A stretch of DNA of 56,121 nt. Origin: an uncultured virus (IMG/VR IMGVR_UViG_3300044530_000636) (taxonomy: Duplodnaviria; Heunggongvirae; Uroviricota; Caudoviricetes). The DNA lies in IMG/VR virus record IMGVR_UViG_3300044530_000636; one strand, written 5' to 3'. Shown piece after piece: positions 1-10,166 of this stretch. Under the pieces are notes generated by a model. It did no database searches. It saw only the letters and a list, made by a program, of their open reading frames with translations, and was not told the DNA's origin. Position numbers and translations under genes: made by a program. Every line of letters begins with the position of its first letter. Position 1 is the stretch's first letter.

Positions 1-568
1 AGATAAGGCATGGACAAAAATGACAAACGATAGCGCCGAGCTATATTGCAGCCCGATCGATCGTTTTGATTTCAAGGAATTTGTTTATACTCTTCCAACA
101 TCTGTAGGTTATTCTTCGTATAACATTACAGCTAATACAACTGGTGTAAGCAATACAAACGAAACAATTGCTCTTGAAGCTGCTAATTCTACATTTACTG
201 TGGGCGATAAGGTATACTACGCTGTACCAGCATCAAACACTGCAATTGGTGGACTAACAGCAAATAGTTATTATTATATCTCTTTTGCTAATTCTTCGGC
301 AATTGCTCTGGCAAACACTCCAGGCGGCGCTAACGTTAATTTGACTGAGTCAAGAACTGGCGCAGGAGAAGTTCATACTATTTCTGGTCCTCGTGTTAAC
401 AGAGCATTTGCTAACGCTGCTAATTTTGGTCAGATTGAGTATTACAATGACTCTGGCGCTAGATATATTGATTATAAAACTTTCGCCATCAAAATCGTTC
501 TACTAAGTACAAGCGGAGTCTTTGTACCTAAGATTGACGATCTTCGTGGCATAGCCCTAATGGTGTAA
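1..568 (+). CDS. Virion structural protein, C-terminal part (5'-truncated by the window)
   Basis: Frame is open upstream of the ATG at 20; C-terminus YKTFAIKIVL..VPKIDDLRGIAL resembles large structural proteins of T4-like phages. Confidence 0.6.
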   Translation, partial: DKAWTKMTNDSAELYCSPIDRFDFKEFVYTLPTSVGYSSYNITANTTGVSNTNETIALEAANSTFTVGDKVYYAVPASNTAIGGLTANSYYYISFANSSAIALANTPGGANVNLTESRTGAGEVHTISGPRVNRAFANAANFGQIEYYNDSGARYIDYKTFAIKIVLLSTSGVFVPKIDDLRGIALMV

Positions 569-571
569 TAA

Positions 572-772
572 ATGGAAACTAAAGAGTACATTAGACAGAA
601 AAACAATCCAGGCGCTCTGATAAATGTGGATAATACTGGATTGGCTGCTTATAAACGTCAAAGGGAAATCATGAGAAATGTAACCACTCATGAAGATAGA
701 ATTAAGAAAATTGAGTCTAGCATAGACGAAGTTAAGAATCTTTTACTGCAGCTGGTAGAAAACGGAAAATAA
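572..772 (+). CDS. Hypothetical protein, short coiled coil
   Basis: 66-aa ORF packed in operon; PGALINVD motif then heptad-like C-terminus. Confidence 0.6.
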   Translation: METKEYIRQKNNPGALINVDNTGLAAYKRQREIMRNVTTHEDRIKKIESSIDEVKNLLLQLVENGK

Positions 773-775
773 TAC

Positions 776-1366
776 ATGTCAATTACAGTAGCTAATACCG
801 CCAATACGAATACTTGGGAATACTTTATTAATAGAGTAAACGAATTAGCGTATCATACTTCTGGCGCTGTATTAACTTCTGATAGCACCGGAAATAATAA
901 CGTTACTTCTGGTAACGCTGTTCTTAGCGGCACATTTACTGCTAACGTTGTTTCTGTTGGTAACTCTTCTGTCAACGTAGCTATTATTCCTGCCAACTCA
1001 ACTATTCAGAATGCTGGAAAATATTACCTAAACGCTAACGGAAGTTGGGTGGAAACTGGCGGATCCAAAATAACTACAGCTGTTTCTTCTACAGGTTGGA
1101 CTCTTATTGACTCATTTTCTGCAGCTGATTATTCCGCTGCCGACTACGTTATCGCTGTAAACGATTCTTCTAACAGCAAAGTTATGGCAACCAAAATAAC
1201 TTTGGTACAGGATGGATCTGGCGTTTATTCTACAGAATATGCTACGATAGGTTCTAACACCACATTCGTTGTATTTAATGCTAATATTAGCGCTGGTACT
1301 GTAAGACTATATGTTAATACAGCTGTGACACCATTAACAGTCAAGACAACAAGGTTAACAGTGTAA
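776..1366 (+). CDS. Putative virion structural protein
   Basis: 196 aa, N/S/T-rich, beta-rich C-terminal domain, in structural module. Confidence 0.55.
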   Translation: MSITVANTANTNTWEYFINRVNELAYHTSGAVLTSDSTGNNNVTSGNAVLSGTFTANVVSVGNSSVNVAIIPANSTIQNAGKYYLNANGSWVETGGSKITTAVSSTGWTLIDSFSAADYSAADYVIAVNDSSNSKVMATKITLVQDGSGVYSTEYATIGSNTTFVVFNANISAGTVRLYVNTAVTPLTVKTTRLTV

Positions 1367-1698
1367 TGGCAACAAAAGCTAATCTAGTAATAGACCAAGG
1401 CGCTACATACGAAGTTACTCTAGATTTGACCGACGAGAACGGCGATATTTTAAATCTAGCAGGATACACTGCTAATTCTCAAATGAGAAAATGGTATACT
1501 TCTTCTAATTCAATATCTTTTTCTTCTTCTGTTAACACAGTGGCAGGAACTATAACTCTTTCTTTAACAGCCGGACAGACTGCAAACCTAACCGCTGGAA
1601 GATATGTCTACGATGTAGAAGTCACCGAAGCTGCGGGAAATACAACTTCTAGAATTATTGAAGGTATCGTAACTGTAACGCCTAATGTAACGAGATAA
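1366..1698 (+). CDS. Virion structural protein (Ig-like, IDQGAT...GRYVYDV family)
   Basis: ANLVIDQGATY and AGRYVYDVEV..RIIEGIVTVTP motifs common in T4-like phages; TAATG coupling. Confidence 0.7.
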   Translation: MATKANLVIDQGATYEVTLDLTDENGDILNLAGYTANSQMRKWYTSSNSISFSSSVNTVAGTITLSLTAGQTANLTAGRYVYDVEVTEAAGNTTSRIIEGIVTVTPNVTR

Positions 1699-1700
1699 AG

Positions 1701-1961
1701 ATGTCAATAAACAAAACCATAAACGTCTCTATTTCTAGAAAATCTTCTACTGGGGTGATTAACCCCACAAACCCAGTTACGTTAAAAAGCGTCCCTACTA
1801 TTAATTCTGGAGTCGATAGACTAGATGCGCTTAAAGACGTATCTCCTAGCGGAGAAACATCTGGAGCGGTTCCAGTATACGATTCTGTCACCGACAAATA
1901 TATAGTCCAGAAATTGAATATGACCGATATCGTGGGCGACCTGGACGGTGGGACTTTTTAA
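1701..1961 (+). CDS. Small tail-associated protein
   Basis: 86 aa ending LDGGTF, like the next gene's LDGGSF. Confidence 0.55.
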   Translation: MSINKTINVSISRKSSTGVINPTNPVTLKSVPTINSGVDRLDALKDVSPSGETSGAVPVYDSVTDKYIVQKLNMTDIVGDLDGGTF

Positions 1962-1997
1962 ATAATAAATAGATAAAAATAACAAAAGGACCATCTA

Positions 1998-3638
1998 ATG
2001 GCTAATAATAAGATTCAAATCAAACGTTCGGTAGCTAACGCAGTTGTATCAGGCTTATCAAACGGTGAATTGGCGTTCACGCAAGCCTCTAATACGCTCC
2101 ACATTGGTCTTCCAGATGGTTCTGGTGTTCTTCGTATTGGTGGTGCTCAGTATCCAGGTACACTTACCAATTCTCATGCTCTAGTAGCTAATGCTACTGG
2201 TGGTATCGATAAAGTTATTGTAGCTAATGCAGTCGTTGGCGCTCTTTCCGCTAATGGATCTACTGGAACAGCTGGTCAGGTTCTAGTTTCTAATGGCTCT
2301 ACAGTTTATTGGGGAACTGGTACTACTGGTTCTAACACGCAAGTTCAGTTCAACGATTCAGGCGTAGCTAATGCTTCTGCTGGATTTACTTTCGATAAGG
2401 GTTCGAACACTCTTGCAGTTTCGAACACAATTCTAACAACTACTGTTAACGCTGCTACATTCCAGGTTGGTTCTTCCCTTGTAGCTAATTCTACCAGACT
2501 ATTCATTGGTTCTTCTGTTGGTATTGACGCCAACGGTTCTATCGGTTCGAACGGTCAAGTTCTTCATTCAAATGGTACTAGTGTATACTGGAGAGATCCA
2601 GCATCTGATGTTATCACTGCAGTTGTAGCTGGTGACGGTCTAAACGGTGGTGGTACAGAAGGCACAGTAACTCTAGATGTTGGCGCTGGTAACGGTGTTG
2701 AAGTAAATGCTTCAACTGTTGCAGTTAAGGCTGGTCTAGACGGTGGTCTAGTTTCTAACTCTTCTGGTGTATGGGTTGATGCCGGAACTGGTGTTACAGT
2801 AAATTCTACTGGTGTTAGTATTGGTCAGCCAGTCGGAACTTCCGATAGTGTAACATTTGCTAATGTTGTTACTGGAAAACTATCAACAACTGGTAACGTT
2901 GTAATTGGTGATTCTTTCTCAGATATTCTTACAATTACTGCAGCAGTTAATACAAACATCATTCCTTCCGCTAATCTAACATATAATGTTGGTAACAATA
3001 CGCTTAGATGGAATGAAATGCATGCCGGTAATGTTCACGGTGTGGAAGGTCATTTCGATAATTCTGTTTACGTTGGCGGAGATATCTTTGTTACTGGTAA
3101 TCTAGTAACAACTAACGTTCAATCAGTCGTTATCTCTGATCCTATGATCTACCTAGCTGGTAATAACTATACTAGCGATCTTGTAGATATCGGTCTTGCT
3201 GCTAATTACTTTGACGGTGTTACTGAAAGACACACTGGTTTCTATCGTTCTTACACTGACGGTGAATGGCGTTTATTCACTAATTCTGAGCAAGAGCTTT
3301 CAGGTAATAACCATGTTAATACTGCTGCTAATGGATTTACACTAGCAGTTCTACATACCTATTTAAATTCTGGTGGTCTAACAACCAATTCATCATCAGC
3401 AAATCTAGTAGCTAATTCTACTTTTGCTGTTGGTATTGTTGCTAATACCCTAACCCTATCTACTGCTCTTGCAGGAACAGAGGGTGGTACTGGTTGGAAA
3501 AATACAGTAAGTCAGTCTATCCTAGTAGGTAACACATCAAATGGTTACGATAGACTAGCTCTTGGAACAAGTGGATATGTTCTACAATCTAATGGAACAG
3601 CATTGATATATGACGTACTAGATGGTGGTTCTTTCTAA
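1998..3638 (+). CDS. Tail fibre protein
   Basis: N-terminal IQIKRS..L.NGELA fibre motif; repeated GQVL.SNG..VYW modules; ends LDGGSF. Confidence 0.7.
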   Translation: MANNKIQIKRSVANAVVSGLSNGELAFTQASNTLHIGLPDGSGVLRIGGAQYPGTLTNSHALVANATGGIDKVIVANAVVGALSANGSTGTAGQVLVSNGSTVYWGTGTTGSNTQVQFNDSGVANASAGFTFDKGSNTLAVSNTILTTTVNAATFQVGSSLVANSTRLFIGSSVGIDANGSIGSNGQVLHSNGTSVYWRDPASDVITAVVAGDGLNGGGTEGTVTLDVGAGNGVEVNASTVAVKAGLDGGLVSNSSGVWVDAGTGVTVNSTGVSIGQPVGTSDSVTFANVVTGKLSTTGNVVIGDSFSDILTITAAVNTNIIPSANLTYNVGNNTLRWNEMHAGNVHGVEGHFDNSVYVGGDIFVTGNLVTTNVQSVVISDPMIYLAGNNYTSDLVDIGLAANYFDGVTERHTGFYRSYTDGEWRLFTNSEQELSGNNHVNTAANGFTLAVLHTYLNSGGLTTNSSSANLVANSTFAVGIVANTLTLSTALAGTEGGTGWKNTVSQSILVGNTSNGYDRLALGTSGYVLQSNGTALIYDVLDGGSF

Positions 3639-3656
3639 CGACAGGAATATTATACT

Positions 3657-4184
3657 ATGGATGAAGTGGAAGGTCAAGTAAAAAGATTAGAAGAACTAGT
3701 AAATACTTTACAGAGATATATCCAGAAGCAAGAAAAAATGCTTCTGGACCATCTCCGAAGAAATATTGAATATGAATTAAAAACAGAAGATTTGTCAAGA
3801 GCTGTTAACGAGCTTTCTAGTAAATACGAAGAATCTCAGAAACAGGTCGAAATACAAAACGATTTGATGCAACAAGCCGCCAATGGTGTCGAAGCTGTTA
3901 CAGTTGAAAAACAAAAATTAGAAAAAACTGTTTCTAATTTAGAAATTATGCTTTCTAATAAAAAGAAAGAATATGACGATTTGATGAAAAAACTTTCTGA
4001 AATTAGAAATGATTCTGAGAAATGTAAAGAAGAACGATCCAACCTTGTTTCTGAAATAAACGAATTAAAACAAGAATATAAAAGACAAACCGAAGAACTA
4101 AATATATTATTCAAAGAAAATGAAGAATTGAAAGGGAAGAAACCTAAGATTAAGGAATCCCCGAAACCAATTGACGAATTTTAA
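3657..4184 (+). CDS. Coiled-coil protein
   Basis: 175 aa, E/K/Q/L-rich heptads; AGGA RBS. Confidence 0.6.
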   Translation: MDEVEGQVKRLEELVNTLQRYIQKQEKMLLDHLRRNIEYELKTEDLSRAVNELSSKYEESQKQVEIQNDLMQQAANGVEAVTVEKQKLEKTVSNLEIMLSNKKKEYDDLMKKLSEIRNDSEKCKEERSNLVSEINELKQEYKRQTEELNILFKENEELKGKKPKIKESPKPIDEF

Positions 4185-4218
4185 TCTCAGTATATACTGA
4201 GTTATTGGAGAGCCTAGA

Positions 4219-6135
4219 ATGGCAAATACAGTTTTTAAACTGCGTCGCTCATCAGTCGCAGGTAAATTCCCTAATACTTCTACGCTCGCAACTGGCGAGC
4301 TTGCAATCAATCTCACAGATAGAAAATTATTCTCTTCGGATGGAACCACAGTTTTCGAATTAGGTTCAAACGTTGGTATTATTCATACTGGTCAATTGAC
4401 TGCTAATTTGATTTATAGCGTTGATTTGAGAGCGAATAATAGCGCTATAATTAAAAATTTAGATTTATCAGGTTATTTAAAAGCAGCCAATTCTTACGGT
4501 AATACTGGATTATTTCTAACTTCAAATGGTTCTGCTGCTTACTGGGCTAATCCCAGCGCCACAATCGATATCCCGCACATCAATCAATCAGAAATAAGTA
4601 ATGGAGTAAAAACAGAATACTCTATTACTGGCGGTTACGACGGCGAGAATTTAAGCGTTTACGTCAACGGTATTAGGTTAAATGATTCAGAAGCAAACGT
4701 TTTCTCTGGTTCAAACGTTTCGTTTACTACTGCTCCAGCAAATGGAGCTTTAATTGAATTTTTTGGTTATAAATTAGACGGCACAGACGGAACTCACGTT
4801 AAATATAATTTTTCTGGCGACGGTTCAGAAACAACTTTTTCTCTTCCTAGCGGTTTCGACACTGGTAAATTAAATGTTTTCTTAAACGGCGTTAGAGCTT
4901 CTAACTCTGAAATTGATGTTTCTTCTGGTAATAGTATTATTTTCAATACCGCTCCTACTAGTGGATCTGTAATTGATGCATTTGGAATAAAAGACCTCAG
5001 CCCTCTGGCAAGTTATGTTTCTGACGTATTTACTGCAGACGGTGTAACAACGGTATTCAATTCTTCTAATACATATAACGCAAATCGCCTTTCTGTTTAT
5101 CTGAACGGCGTTAGAATGTCAAGTGTAGAAGCAAATACTGCTTCTGGATCTAGTATCGTGTTCTCAACAGCTCCAGCAAATGGCGCTGTTATTGAAACAT
5201 TCGGAATTTACACAGCCCTTGAAGTTGCTATTGCTAACGCTGATATTGCTTATACTTGGACAAACGTTCACACGTTCAGCAACACTGTATCTTTCAGTTC
5301 TGTTTCTGCTAATGGTTCGTTAGGTTCTCTTGGACAAGTTCTTCTATCTAATGGTTCGGCTGTTTATTGGGGTTCAAACCCTGCAGCTTCTGGTGCAAAT
5401 ACAGACGCTCAGTTTATCTGGACTAATACTCATACGTTCACAAATACAGTAACGTTCAATCAGACTATTAATGGAACAGCGAATTCAACTCTATTTGTTG
5501 GGTCTCTACCAGCTGCTAACGTAGTTTCTAATGCACAACTAAGTTCTAATCTAGCTAACTACCAAACAACTGCTGGGTTGTCTTCGAATGTTGCCACGTT
5601 AACATCTAATAATACTAGTTTCGTTGGTTCGGTATCAGCCGCCAATGTTGTATCTAATGCACAACTAAGTTCTAATCTAGCAAATTATGTTGCTAAGAGC
5701 ACTATAGTAGCGTTCTCGGCGGCTCCGAATTCTAGTATAACTCAAACTATAACTTCGGGAAGTCAGCAAAAGGCATTGTTCCAAGTAGAAGATTATGATA
5801 CCAACAATAATTTTGCCAATTCGAGATTTACACCAACAGTTGCTGGTTATTATCAACTAAATTCTACAGTTCGATTCGATGGAAGCACTGGAACTGGAGA
5901 ATGTATGATTGTTATTAGAAAAAATGGTTCCGAGTATAAACGTGGATGGAACTCTTCTGGAACAAATTTTGCAAACGATTTTTGGTCTATGAGCGTCAGC
6001 ACTTTGGCTTATGCTAATGGAGCTGGAGATTATTTCGAAGTTTTCGTTCAACAAGGGTCTGGTTCAGATAGAAATATTACTGTTGCTGGTGGAAACATAA
6101 CGTATTTTAATGGATTCTTGGCGAAACCAGAATAA
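4219..6135 (+). CDS. Tail fibre protein with three internal repeats and a C1q-like C-terminal domain
   Basis: KLRRSS..GELAINLTDRKLF N-terminus; 3x L.V(Y/F).NG(I/V)R..G..I.F.TAP..G..I repeats; C-terminal RFTPTVAGYYQLN..TYFNGFL. Confidence 0.7.
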   Translation: MANTVFKLRRSSVAGKFPNTSTLATGELAINLTDRKLFSSDGTTVFELGSNVGIIHTGQLTANLIYSVDLRANNSAIIKNLDLSGYLKAANSYGNTGLFLTSNGSAAYWANPSATIDIPHINQSEISNGVKTEYSITGGYDGENLSVYVNGIRLNDSEANVFSGSNVSFTTAPANGALIEFFGYKLDGTDGTHVKYNFSGDGSETTFSLPSGFDTGKLNVFLNGVRASNSEIDVSSGNSIIFNTAPTSGSVIDAFGIKDLSPLASYVSDVFTADGVTTVFNSSNTYNANRLSVYLNGVRMSSVEANTASGSSIVFSTAPANGAVIETFGIYTALEVAIANADIAYTWTNVHTFSNTVSFSSVSANGSLGSLGQVLLSNGSAVYWGSNPAASGANTDAQFIWTNTHTFTNTVTFNQTINGTANSTLFVGSLPAANVVSNAQLSSNLANYQTTAGLSSNVATLTSNNTSFVGSVSAANVVSNAQLSSNLANYVAKSTIVAFSAAPNSSITQTITSGSQQKALFQVEDYDTNNNFANSRFTPTVAGYYQLNSTVRFDGSTGTGECMIVIRKNGSEYKRGWNSSGTNFANDFWSMSVSTLAYANGAGDYFEVFVQQGSGSDRNITVAGGNITYFNGFLAKPE

Positions 6136-6164
6136 GCTCAAACCATTAAGTTAAAAAGAATAAA

Positions 6165-6172
6165 TATAAATA
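6165..6172 (+). promoter_or_regulatory. T4-type late promoter
   Basis: TATAAATA upstream of the fibre gene at 6201; gp55 is encoded in the window. Confidence 0.65.
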
Positions 6173-6200
6173 AAACAGAATTTTATGGGAAAAGGAAGCC

Positions 6201-8447
6201 ATGGCTCAGAATCAACAGTTAGGTACTTTTGGACAGGTAGTTTCAGTAAACACTGCCGCTAATACCGTAACCATAACAAGTCAAATAGCTGTCGGCAACG
6301 TCAGCATTAACTCTACTGGTATTTCGATCAGCGGTGGAAGTGTTAACAATACTAACTACCCAGGAACTGCTAACAACGCCAATAATTTAGGCGGCGTTGC
6401 AGCAGCTTCTTATGTGAACACTGCTGGTTCTTATACTATAACAGGCGTTCATACTCATGACGCTAATATTATTATCGGAACTTCAGCTGGGCTTTCCGCT
6501 AATGGTGGATTTGGATCTTCTGGGCAATCTCTTCTTTCAAATGGTTCTAGTGTTTATTGGGCGACTGCTGGTGCTACTCTTAACGCTAATAACACTGATG
6601 GAACAACTTATTATATTGGACTTTCTAGCGGAACTTCTGGGTCTTGGACCAACGCTGTAGTCGCAACTTCTGGATTATCCTTTGTTCCAAGCACAGGAAC
6701 ATTAACGGTTGGTAACACTATTGTCGGCGCTACTTTTACTGGTACTGCCAACGTAGCAACCTATCTTGGTAATTCTTCAGCTACTGTGGCTAATGTATCT
6801 TCTTGGATTACTACAAACGCTGCATCTGCATATTCTAACGCTGTAACGTATACTGACACTAGTATTGGAACTGCCAATGCTGCTATAACTGGTAACGCCG
6901 CTACTGCTTATACCAATGCTGTATCGTACACCGATACAAAGATTGGAACTGCTAATGCAGCGATTACTGGCAACGCTGCTACTGCTTATACTAACGCTGT
7001 TTCTTATGTAGATGGCCTAAAACTTGACTCCGTTACCAACACTTCAATTAGCTTAATTCCAGTCGCTAATACTGTTAAGAATGCATACGATAGAGCTATC
7101 GATGCTAACACTCGTGCTGCTTCTGCTCAAACAGCTGCAGCTGCTGCATACACTAACGCTGTTTCCTATGTAGATGGCAAGATTCTAACAGCAAATGCTG
7201 CGATCACAGGTAATGCTGCAACAGCATATACTAACGCTACTACCTTTGCAGCCAATGCTACTAATATTTCTAGTGGAACTCTTGCTGAAGCTAGACTTCC
7301 ATATCGTATGGACCAGAACGTAAGGTCTACTGATAGTATTACAGTCGGTAATATTACTGTTTCTGGTAATCTTTATGTTGGTTCGAATGTTAATATTATC
7401 GGCTCGAACGTAGTGTCATATGTCGACGCCATGATTTATTTGAACGCAAATAACACTATTGCGAACCCAGATATTGGTTTTGCTGGTAATTATAACGATG
7501 GAACTTACCAACATACTGGATTCTTTAGAGATGCTTCTGACGGTATCTGGAAAGTTTTCGATAGTTATCTTCCAGAACCAGACGCTAATACCTATATTGA
7601 CACCACTAATACTTCTTTTCATTTAGCTAATTTCCAAGCCAATAACTTTATTGCTGGTAATACAAGTTCTGTATGGTTCAGAGCTAACACTTCTGGTGTG
7701 TATGTCAACTCAACTCTTATCGGTAATGCCACTGGTCCTTACGGTAAGACAGAGGCTTCTCTGAGCGTTGCTACTGCTAATAACTCAACATACGCTTATG
7801 GTAAGACAGAGGGTAATCTAAACGTTAATAATGCTACTACTGCATATGGCAAGACAGAAGGCAATCTAAATGTTAATAATGCTACTACTGCTTATGGTAA
7901 GACTGAAGGAAACTTGAATGTTAATAGTGCATTAACTTCGAACAATTCTTCTTATCTGGGTGGAACAGCGGCTGCTTCATACGTAACAACCTCAAGTATT
8001 GGTGGTTTAACTGCTAATAACGCTTCATATCTTGGTGGAGTTGCAGCAGCTTCTTATCTGACTACATCTTCTGCTTCTTCCACTTATGCTCCATTGGCTT
8101 CTCCAACCTTTACTGGAACTGTTAGCGTTGCACAGGCAAACGTTCTCAATCAGACTCTAACAGATGGAGCCACTATTTCTTGGAACACTGCTTCTGGACA
8201 GGTAGCAACAGTCACTATTGGAGCTTCAAGAACCATGGGCGCTCCATCGAACCTTAAAGTGGGAACCTATATACTACATGTAATCCAAGGCGGTTCTGGA
8301 AGTTATGGAATTACTTGGAACTCAGTGTTCAAATGGCCAGCTGGTGTCGCTCCAGTTCTATCAACAGCAGTTGGTGCAAGAGACGTATTCTCGTTTATCT
8401 CTGATGGAACTAATCTTTATGGCTCATATCTAACGGATGTAAAATAA
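6201..8447 (+). CDS. Tail fibre protein with internal repeats
   Basis: 748 aa; TAYTNAVSY..IGTANAAITGNAA and YGKTEGNLNVNNATTA repeats; C-terminal ITWNSVFKWPAG..P.LST..D.FSF.SDGTNLYG domain. Confidence 0.7.
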   Translation: MAQNQQLGTFGQVVSVNTAANTVTITSQIAVGNVSINSTGISISGGSVNNTNYPGTANNANNLGGVAAASYVNTAGSYTITGVHTHDANIIIGTSAGLSANGGFGSSGQSLLSNGSSVYWATAGATLNANNTDGTTYYIGLSSGTSGSWTNAVVATSGLSFVPSTGTLTVGNTIVGATFTGTANVATYLGNSSATVANVSSWITTNAASAYSNAVTYTDTSIGTANAAITGNAATAYTNAVSYTDTKIGTANAAITGNAATAYTNAVSYVDGLKLDSVTNTSISLIPVANTVKNAYDRAIDANTRAASAQTAAAAAYTNAVSYVDGKILTANAAITGNAATAYTNATTFAANATNISSGTLAEARLPYRMDQNVRSTDSITVGNITVSGNLYVGSNVNIIGSNVVSYVDAMIYLNANNTIANPDIGFAGNYNDGTYQHTGFFRDASDGIWKVFDSYLPEPDANTYIDTTNTSFHLANFQANNFIAGNTSSVWFRANTSGVYVNSTLIGNATGPYGKTEASLSVATANNSTYAYGKTEGNLNVNNATTAYGKTEGNLNVNNATTAYGKTEGNLNVNSALTSNNSSYLGGTAAASYVTTSSIGGLTANNASYLGGVAAASYLTTSSASSTYAPLASPTFTGTVSVAQANVLNQTLTDGATISWNTASGQVATVTIGASRTMGAPSNLKVGTYILHVIQGGSGSYGITWNSVFKWPAGVAPVLSTAVGARDVFSFISDGTNLYGSYLTDVK
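7794..7925 (+). repeat. Coding tandem repeat, 48-nt period (AYGKTEGNLNVNNATT), about 3 copies
   Basis: Direct repeats visible in DNA with synonymous differences. Confidence 0.8.
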
Positions 8448-9799
8448 TGTTTGTTGTACCTTTACCAAGACCAACTAAAGTTGTTAAGATTAGCGCCGCT
8501 GAAAACAACGTTGATTTGTATTCAAAGGCGTCAAATCCTGCTTTCCCCGTAGCAGTTTATTGTTTCGTTGATGCAAACGTTGCTAGTTCTAGTTCTGCTA
8601 ATCCAGCATTTAAAACAGGAACTTCTTGGAAAAGTGGTTCTTGGCTTTACATCAAAAACAATGCTGTTATAACTGGCGCTACTGGATCTTCAGGAACAAC
8701 AGGATCTTCAGGAACTACTGGAACTACTGGAACAGCGGGAAATGCAGGAGCCACAGGAACACCAGGAAACGCTGGAGGTACTGGTTCTACAGGTTCAGTC
8801 GGTGCTGGTGGTGGCGGAGGCTGGGGTGGTTGGAATGGTCCAACAGGTCACCATTGGGACGGAGATTGGGAAGGTCATAGACACAATACCGATGTTAACG
8901 CAGGTAATGCTGGTGGCGGTGGTGGTGCTGGTGCTGCTGGTGGAACAGGTGGTACAGGTAATGCTGGTGGCACTGGAGGCACTGGTAACGCTGGCGGACC
9001 AGGTGGTACAGGTAATGCTGGTGGTCCAGGTAATTCTGGTGGCACTGGTGGTGTTTCTTTACAAGCTGATACAGTTTCAGGTATTAAAATTCTTTTGAAT
9101 AACACTAACACTATTACTGGCGGTTCAGGTGGTTCAGGTGGATCTGGAGGCGCAGGTGGTCCAGGTGGTCCTGGTGGATCAGGTGGTGCTGGTGGTCCAG
9201 GAGGTCCAGGAGGAGCAGGTGGTCCAGGAGGTCCAGGCGGCACCGGAGGCGGTGGCGGTGGTGGTGGAGGCGGCGGTGGTCGTCACATCTTCAACGCTGG
9301 CGGAGGCGGTGGCGGCGGTGGTGGTGGAAGCCCTGTCGGTGGTGGCGGTTCATCAGGTCGTGGTGGTGGACATGGTTCTTCTGGTAGCGGTCACTCAGGT
9401 GGTGGCGGTGGTGGTGGAGCACACTCCCACGTCAACGATCATGGTTATCACTCGCATGGTGGCGGTGGTGGTCACGGTGGCAGCATCGGCGGTGCTGGTA
9501 ATGCTGGTGGTCACGGAACTTATTCAGATTCTACTTGGTATGATGCTCACTCATTCTATGTTGGTGGAGGTGGTGCTGGAGGTGGTGCTGGCGGAGCAGC
9601 TGGTCCAACAGGTGCAACAGGGCCAACAGGTGCAGCGGGTGCAACAGGGCCAACAGGATCTGCTGGTGCGACAGGGCCATCAGGATCTCCTGGTGCGACA
9701 GGACCAACTGGAGCTTCAGGATCTCAAGGTTCTGCAATCAGCGGAAACTCAAATATCATTTACGTAAATTCAGGAACAATTAACGGTCCGAAGGTGTGA
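8447..9799 (+). CDS. Glycine-rich, collagen-like fibre-tip or adhesin protein
   Basis: 450 aa; (G-X-Y)n runs such as GPTGATGPTGAAG, GGPGG repeats, poly-Gly with His/Trp loops reminiscent of T-even gp38 adhesins. Confidence 0.65.
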   Translation: MFVVPLPRPTKVVKISAAENNVDLYSKASNPAFPVAVYCFVDANVASSSSANPAFKTGTSWKSGSWLYIKNNAVITGATGSSGTTGSSGTTGTTGTAGNAGATGTPGNAGGTGSTGSVGAGGGGGWGGWNGPTGHHWDGDWEGHRHNTDVNAGNAGGGGGAGAAGGTGGTGNAGGTGGTGNAGGPGGTGNAGGPGNSGGTGGVSLQADTVSGIKILLNNTNTITGGSGGSGGSGGAGGPGGPGGSGGAGGPGGPGGAGGPGGPGGTGGGGGGGGGGGGRHIFNAGGGGGGGGGGSPVGGGGSSGRGGGHGSSGSGHSGGGGGGGAHSHVNDHGYHSHGGGGGHGGSIGGAGNAGGHGTYSDSTWYDAHSFYVGGGGAGGGAGGAAGPTGATGPTGAAGATGPTGSAGATGPSGSPGATGPTGASGSQGSAISGNSNIIYVNSGTINGPKV

Positions 9800-9800
9800 T

Positions 9801-10151
9801 ATGAAAATTAATTATAGGGTTCTTAATATAGATGAGGCTCAACATTCTATAGTTGTTAGATATTGGACAGATAAAATAACTGAAGAAATGTTAGCCTCAG
9901 AATACGAATCAAACGGCAAAATACGTTTATCTAGACATGGTTGGCCAACTAGATGCGTCACCGACTATAATTTAACCTTTTATGAAAATAATATTCCTAC
10001 AGAAGAGGAAGTAGATTTTTTCATAAAGAAAAATGCACCAGTTAATTGGTTAAAACTCAGAGAAGAAGTTTTAGACCCACAAGTTAAAACAGACCTCATT
10101 TCAGCAAAACCTTTATTAAACAAAGATAATAGTTTCGAAGCAATGGTATAA
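9801..10151 (+). CDS. Hypothetical protein (possible fibre accessory)
   Basis: 116-aa ORF directly after the Gly-rich gene. Confidence 0.5.
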   Translation: MKINYRVLNIDEAQHSIVVRYWTDKITEEMLASEYESNGKIRLSRHGWPTRCVTDYNLTFYENNIPTEEEVDFFIKKNAPVNWLKLREEVLDPQVKTDLISAKPLLNKDNSFEAMV

Positions 10152-10166
10152 AAAGAAAGTTTTATC

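Noticed and set aside
4186..4201. Perfect 16-bp palindrome CTCAGTATATACTGAG before a fibre gene
   Set aside because: Single occurrence with no second copy or cognate regulator seen; function not supportable
8626..9767. Alternative-frame and antisense ORFs over the Gly-rich gene
   Set aside because: By-products of GGT/GGA codon repeats with no RBS; most other nested or antisense ORFs in the track, including those over tRNAs, were dropped likewise
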